From NCBI RefSeq assembly GCF_006345805.1, contig NW_021836181.1:1-24588 (forward strand): DNA of 24,588 nucleotides, given 5' to 3'. Origin of the DNA: Octopus sinensis (Eukaryota). Under the pieces are notes generated by a model. The model made no database searches. It had not been told where the DNA came from and saw only the letters and a list, made by a program, of their open reading frames with translations. The position numbers and the translations under genes are program-made. Each line of letters starts with the position of its first letter. Positions within the stretch are counted from its first letter, which is position 1. Positions 19,385 through 24,588 of the stretch are shown piece by piece.

Positions 19385-19572
19385 CTGCATGCGGTTCACT
19401 CCCCTTTATCAAATCGACGTTGCCTGTGCACGTGGATGGTGTGCTACATGTCAGAGCAAACTGAAGTGAAGTGGTTGGCCCAAGAACACAACGCACTGCC
19501 TGGTCCGGGAATTGAAACCCTAATCTTGCGACCGTGAAAACGACACCCTAACCACTGTGCCTTGACCTTCAC
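19385..19572 (-). mobile_element. tRNA-derived SINE family F, diverged
   Basis: Reverse strand GTGAAGGTCAAGGCACAGTGGTTAGGG...GGTTTCAATTCCCGGACC...GTTGTGTTCTTGGG. Confidence 0.6.
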
Positions 19573-19627
19573 ACACACACACACACACGCACACACATAC
19601 GTGTGTACGTCTATATCTATGTATGTA

Positions 19628-19765
19628 GGGGACGGCGCATATACAGAAATACATCGGTTCATGGAAGGCCCTTTTAAAGACAGGCTGAATAATTACAGAT
19701 CTTTTAATTACAGAACATGAAATGAAGTGTTTTGTTAGAACACAAACCGTTACACATACACATAT
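19628..19765 (+). pseudogene. Penelope-like GIY-YIG endonuclease fragment, copy A (internally deleted)
   Basis: KYIGS at 19647, frameshift, then EGPFKDRLNNYRS; jumps directly to the 3' part seen at ~20469-20520. Confidence 0.6.
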
Positions 19766-20149
19766 CATCAACATGATTGTTCGACCGTGGTCGAGACAAT
19801 GGAATTTACTATGCTACGCCAGACTTCACGGTCCATCATGGCATTACGGAGGTCCTGTTGCTGGATGCCTGTATCCCTGGAGATTACATCAGGGTAGGAG
19901 AGTGTGTGCCCTCTGGTATTGCGAGTAGATGGCTTCCAGAGGAGAAGAGTAGAAACTACCTCTTTTTCAGCTCTACAACAATGTCCAGCAAACTGGACTC
20001 TCCTATCCTTCACAAGAGATGACACAGGTGGTAGTTTCCCATATATTTGCATTTTGGTTGGATGGCACTTCCACGAGAGATTTTGAGCTCTCATAAGGAG
20101 GCGAGTGTAGGTTCCATCCAACCGCTTCTCAAGCTTCTTTCATAACGTC
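19766..20149 (-). mobile_element. 5'-truncated RTE/RTEX-type LINE 3' end, same family as 1061-1848
   Basis: ORF 19768-20121 (DGTYTRLLMRAQNLSW...YGKLPPVS...RRVQFAGHC...VSTTVEQ) and the same terminal hairpin. TSD CATACACATAT at 19755-19765 and 20150-20160. Confidence 0.9.
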
Positions 20150-20230
20150 CATACACATATGGAAGTATGCATTCCTGTATACTCACACACACACACACTC
20201 GTTCGTACGTAGTATATATCTATGTATATA

Positions 20231-20520
20231 GGGGACGGCGCCTATACAGAAATACATCGGTTCATGAAAGGCCCTTTTAAAGAAAGGCTGAATAATTACA
20301 GATCTTCTAGAATCCATCAAAGAAGCAATGTAACTGCCTTAACCCGCTATACATGGCACATAAAAGAGTGAGCAAAGACGTCTAATATCATTCAGAGATT
20401 GCTGGGACACCCTGGGTGTGTGTCTAAAGAGAAGTATCTTCGTCAGGTGTTGAAGAGATTGCTGAACAACATGAAATGAAGTGTTTTGTTAGGACACAGA
20501 ACCGTTACACATACACATAT
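20231..20520 (+). pseudogene. Penelope-like GIY-YIG endonuclease C-terminal fragment, copy B
   Basis: KYIGS at 20250, frameshift, then MKGPFKERLNNYRSSRIHQRSNVTALTRYTWHIKE* (20264-20371), followed by degenerate C..KEKY, LLN and CRH-like codons. Resembles the YIG..E..FK.R..NH..SF...NST.LS.YIW.LK...C.EK...LLN.R.E...CRH pattern of Penelope-like endonucleases. Confidence 0.65.
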
Positions 20521-20757
20521 GGAAGTACGCATTCCTGTATACTCACACACAAACACACACACCCGTGTGTGTATGTGTTTGGCTGTAAATTATTAAGTTC
20601 TTACAAGTCTTCGTGAGTTTATTAAGATTCAATATGTCTGTCGTCAATACTTCTACAAATTGTTGAAGATGTTGACAAATATTTTGCAGGTGGTTTTTAA
20701 ACTATGAAGAGTAATCGCAAGTCCTATAATTATAATTAAATTTTTAAATAACTTCTG

Positions 20758-20760
<3 letters not shown>

Positions 20761-20792
<32 letters not shown>

Positions 20793-20860
20793 TCATCATC
20801 ATCATCATCATCATCTCATCATCATCATTATTATTATTATTATTATCATCATCATTATTA

Positions 20861-20921
<61 letters not shown>

Positions 20922-21127
20922 TTTATTATTATCATTATCATTATTATTATTATCATTATCATTATTATTATTATTATCATTATTATTATTATTATTAGTA
21001 TCATTATTATTATTATTATTATTAGTATCATTATTATTATTAATATTATTATTATTATTACTATTATTATTATTATCATCATCATCATCATCATTATTAT
21101 TATTATTATTGCTATTATTATTATTAC

Positions 21128-21166
<39 letters not shown>

Positions 21167-21319
21167 CATCATTATTATTATCATCATTATTATTATTACT
21201 ATTATTATTATTATTATTATCATTATTATTATTATCATCATCATCATTATTATTATTATTATTGCTATTATTATTATTACTGTTATTATTATTATTATTA
21301 TTGCTATTATTATTATTAC

Positions 21320-21361
<42 letters not shown>

Positions 21362-21480
21362 CATTATTATTATCATCATTATTATTATTACTATTATTAT
21401 TATTATCATTATCATTATTATTATTATCATCATCATCATCATCATCATTATTATTGTTGTTGTTGTTGTTGTTGTTGTTA
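20761..21480. repeat. Very long (ATC)n/(ATT)n tract with higher-order sub-repeats
   Basis: Directly visible; GCTATTATTATTATTACTG recurs three times. Confidence 0.95.
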
Positions 21481-21735
21481 TTTCATTCACGAAACTATAG
21501 ACGATCGTTGTTCGTGGTACCTGATTCTTCAGTTCTCCACTCAATCACATTTGTCATCAATAGCCGTGAGTCATCTTTAGAACTAGGATTAGTGAATGCA
21601 TAGAAGTCTCTTTTCGAAACCAGCCACTTGTTTATAGGAAGACTACAAATAATTAAAAGAGACTGTACATACATACACAGATGCTTATATACATCTATGC
21701 ACACGCACACACACACACACTCATACACTCATATT

Positions 21736-21788
<53 letters not shown>

Positions 21789-21879
21789 ATATATATTAAT
21801 ATATATATATATATATATTATACTATATATATATGGATTTGTAAAGATGAAAGAGTATATATATATATATATATATAAT

Positions 21880-22280
21880 CTTTCACTCTTTTACTTGTTC
21901 CAGTCATTTGACTGCGGCCATGCTGGAGCACCGCCTTGGGTCGAGCAAAATCGACCCCAGGACTTATTCTTTGTAAGCCTAGTACTTATTCTGTCGGTCT
22001 CTTTTGCCGAACCGCTAAGTGAAGGGGACGCAAGCACACCAGCATCGGTTGCCAAGCGATGCTGGGGCGACAAACACAGACACACAAACTTATACACACT
22101 CACACACACACATATATATATATGATGGGCTTCTTTTCAGTTTTCGTCTACAAAATCCACTCACAAGGCTTTGGTCGGCCCGAGGCTATAGTAGAAGACA
22201 CTAGCTCAAGGTGCCACGCAGTGGGACTGAACCCGGAACCATGTGGTTCGAAAACAAGCTATTTACCACACAGCCACTCC
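21880..22280 (-). mobile_element. SINE family B, full length
   Basis: 3' module ~21880-22090, CA/TA tract, head ~22123-22280. Confidence 0.85.
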
Positions 22281-22330
22281 CATATATGTATATAGAAATG
22301 TATACGCATGCATATATATACAGGGGCAAT

Positions 22331-22478
22331 TCACTCTGTGTCACGCTGAATCTCCCCCAGTACTACGTTAAGGGCACACGTGTCTGTGGAGTGCTCAGCC
22401 ACTTTCACGTTAATTTCACGAGCAGGATGTTCCGTTGATCGGATCAACTGGAACCCTCGTCGTCGTAACCGTCGGAGT
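22331..22478 (+). mobile_element. Headless family C tail-i fragment (5'-truncated SINE or partner-LINE 3' end)
   Basis: Matches ~5947-6097. Confidence 0.75.
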
Positions 22479-22668
22479 ACCACAACCATATGACTATAAA
22501 TTGTCACAAGGCCCTTATAATGGCCGTATACATACATTTATTTCATTCTTTTCCTGGTTATAGTCACTGAACGTCGATGATATTCTGGATTTCTGTGTCC
22601 GCGGGTTTTAATTATTCCTATTTAATCTTTCTCATCCGCCATTGTAACTTTTAGTGAATTTATTTAAA

Positions 22669-23061
22669 TCTTTATAAATAAAAGTGAAGTTGTGTGCGTG
22701 TATGTCTCCAACGATTTAGATTCCTAACTACTCCCACATTTTGCGGTGCAGTTTAACCAAAACCGGGTATCTTATAGTCGTGATTCATATCAAGCCCTTA
22801 TGGGTATTAGCACGCGTCTACGATGAGTCTACGATTTTAAAAATAATTTACCATCATTTTTTTCCATTTTAAGGCATATTTTTTTAAAGGGAAGTAACTC
22901 TCTAAAAATGTCTACGATGAGTCAACGATTTAAAAAACAATTTACCATCATATTTTTTCCATTTTTAATGCATTTTTTGCTATTTTTTGGCTATAACTCT
23001 CTAAAAATGCTTTATAGTTATTTCCCTTGCAAACCCGAGCAACGCCGGGCGATACTACTAG
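22669..23061 (+). mobile_element. Non-autonomous Helitron-like element (~393 bp)
   Basis: 5' TC preceded by A. Subterminal GC-rich hairpin CCCG(A)GC-AAC-GCCGGG at 23034-23049 and 3' CTAG at 23058-23061. Internal 94-bp tandem repeat (starts 22816 and 22910). The base after CTAG is G rather than the usual T. Confidence 0.7.
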
Positions 23062-23099
23062 GAGCTAATACAATCCGAATTTTCTCACTGTATTTTTAG

Positions 23100-23251
23100 C
23101 AATTGGAAGCAAACATTTACAACCTGAAGATTTTGGTTCAACAAGCTGAGTTTATTGTCCAAAATTCCGATATTCTCTATAACATTGTTTGTGATTTCAA
23201 CCGAAATAAGTTCCGTTCGACCAATGTCACTTCCGGTCTGACGGTTGGAGG
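23100..23251 (+). CDS. ZP-N-like domain 2, C-terminal exon (gene continues beyond window)
   Basis: Pyrimidine tract plus TAG (23097-99); phase 0 to 2. Reads QLEANIYNLKILVQQAEFIVQNSDILYNIVCDFNRNKFRSTNVTSGLTVG; donor GG/GTATGT. Y...V.VQ...I...D..Y...C.F is typical of the last strands of ZP-N domains and aligns with the 14550 exon (SDNLYRVVCQLN vs SDILYNIVCDFN). Confidence 0.8.
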
Positions 23252-23339
23252 GTATGTGTTATTTTTGTTTGTAAATATGTAATGTATTATCCTGTTTTTT
23301 TTCATACTGTTGTTCGTGTTTTTTTTATGTTGTTGTCGT

Positions 23340-23428
23340 GGCTGTTATTATTGCTATTGTTGATGTTGCTGTTTTTATTATTATTATCATTATCATTATT
23401 ATCATTATTATTATTATTATCATTATTA

Positions 23429-23465
<37 letters not shown>

Positions 23466-23495
23466 CATTATTATCATTATTATTATTATTATCAT
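23340..23495. repeat. (ATT)n/(ATC)n microsatellite
   Basis: Directly visible. Confidence 0.9.
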
Positions 23496-23767
23496 ACAAG
23501 GTTCATCCTGAAATGTTCGTCTCAAAGCCGAACTCATTCCATATTTGAGTGTGTTTCGGAGTATTCACGAGAGCCTATTTTCCTCTTTTGGGAGGCGGCG
23601 GTGTAATGTTAATTAAAGAAGACCTAGTTGCTATTTCTAGCTAGTCAAACGAACAGCTAGAGACCTGCTCCTTAGCCCAACGATCAAAATTCTTGTAAAA
23701 CCAATTCAAAATTAAATATTCAGTAATATTCAGTAATATTCGTAAACAATAATAAACAATAATAAAC

Positions 23768-24418
23768 ACAGGCGCAGGAGTGGCTGTGTGGTAAGTAGCT
23801 TGCTTACCAACCACATGGTTCCGGGTTCAGTCCCACTGCATGGCACTTTGGGCAAGTGTCTTCTACTATAGCCCCGGGCCGACCAAAGTCTTGTGAGTGG
23901 ATTTGGTAGACGGAAACTGAAAGAAGCTCGTCGTATATATGTATATATATATATATAAGTGTGTGTGTGTTTGTGTGTCTGTGTTTGTCCCCCTAGCATT
24001 GCTTGACAACCGATGCTGGTGTGTTTATGTCCCCGTTACTTAGCGGTTCGGCAAGCGAGACCGATAGAATAAGTACTGGGCTTCACAAAAGAATAAGTGC
24101 CGGCGGGGTCGAGTTGCTCGATTAAAGGCGGTGCTCCAGCATGGCCGCAGTCAAATGACTGAAACAAGTAACAGAGTAACAGAGTATATGCGTGTATGTG
24201 TTTGTGTGTCTGTGTTTGTCCTCCTAGCATTGCTTGACAACCGATGCTGGTGTGTTTATGTCCCCGTTACTTAGCGGTTCGGCAAGCGAGACCGATAGAA
24301 TAAGTACTGGGCTTACAAAAAAGAATAAGTCCCTGGGTCGAGTTGCTCGATTAAAGGCGGTGCTCCAGCATGGCCGCAGTCAAATTACTGAAACAAGTAA
24401 AAGAGATAAAAGAATACA
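23768..24418 (+). mobile_element. SINE family B, full length, with tandemly duplicated 3' module (period 231 bp)
   Basis: Head from 23768; CTAGCATTGCTTGAC at 23993 and 24224; both modules share private variants. Confidence 0.85.
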
Positions 24419-24488
24419 TGAAACAACGAGTGTCAAGACGATTCATTGTTAACGGCTTCCAGGACATTCGAATGTGAAGGTAGTGGAT

Positions 24489-24588
24489 GTGGAAGCACTC
24501 CGTCGGTTACGACGACGAGGGTTCCGGTTGATCCGAATCAACGGAACAGCCTGCTCGTGAAATTAACGTGTAAGTGGCTGAGCACTCA
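24489..24588 (-). mobile_element. Family C tail-i 3' end, runs off window
   Basis: Reverse complement of ~7495-7593. Confidence 0.8.

Noticed and set aside
20918-21603. 208 and 164 aa poly-Ile/Leu ORFs
   Set aside because: (ATT)n/(ATC)n artefact; the same applies to the ORFs around 18608-19087.

Overview
AT-rich, microsatellite-laden eukaryotic genomic DNA. Its SINE, Penelope and RTE repeat content looks like an octopus or other cephalopod genome (inference). Most of the ORF track is microsatellite or repeat artefact. The window holds a plus-strand, intron-rich gene reconstructed by hand from six phase-compatible coding exons (7656-7733, 8398-8419, 10734-10951, 14550-14699, 16322-16540, 23100-23251; it continues past the window). 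It encodes an N-terminal hydrophobic segment followed by two tandem ZP-N-like domains. A possible terminal exon of an upstream gene (420-575) has a GPI-signal-like C-terminus. The rest is transposon-derived: at least four tRNA-derived SINE families, two RTE/RTEX-type LINE 3' fragments with target-site duplications (TSDs), decayed Penelope-like GIY-YIG fragments, a non-autonomous Helitron and a 221-bp foldback. The most striking non-coding feature is a tandem array of five ~204-222 bp units at 8601-9590. Each unit carries a minimal type-I hammerhead ribozyme in the sense orientation of the host intron (retrozyme or Penelope-terminal-repeat-like). An unrelated solo hammerhead variant lies at 3479-3516.
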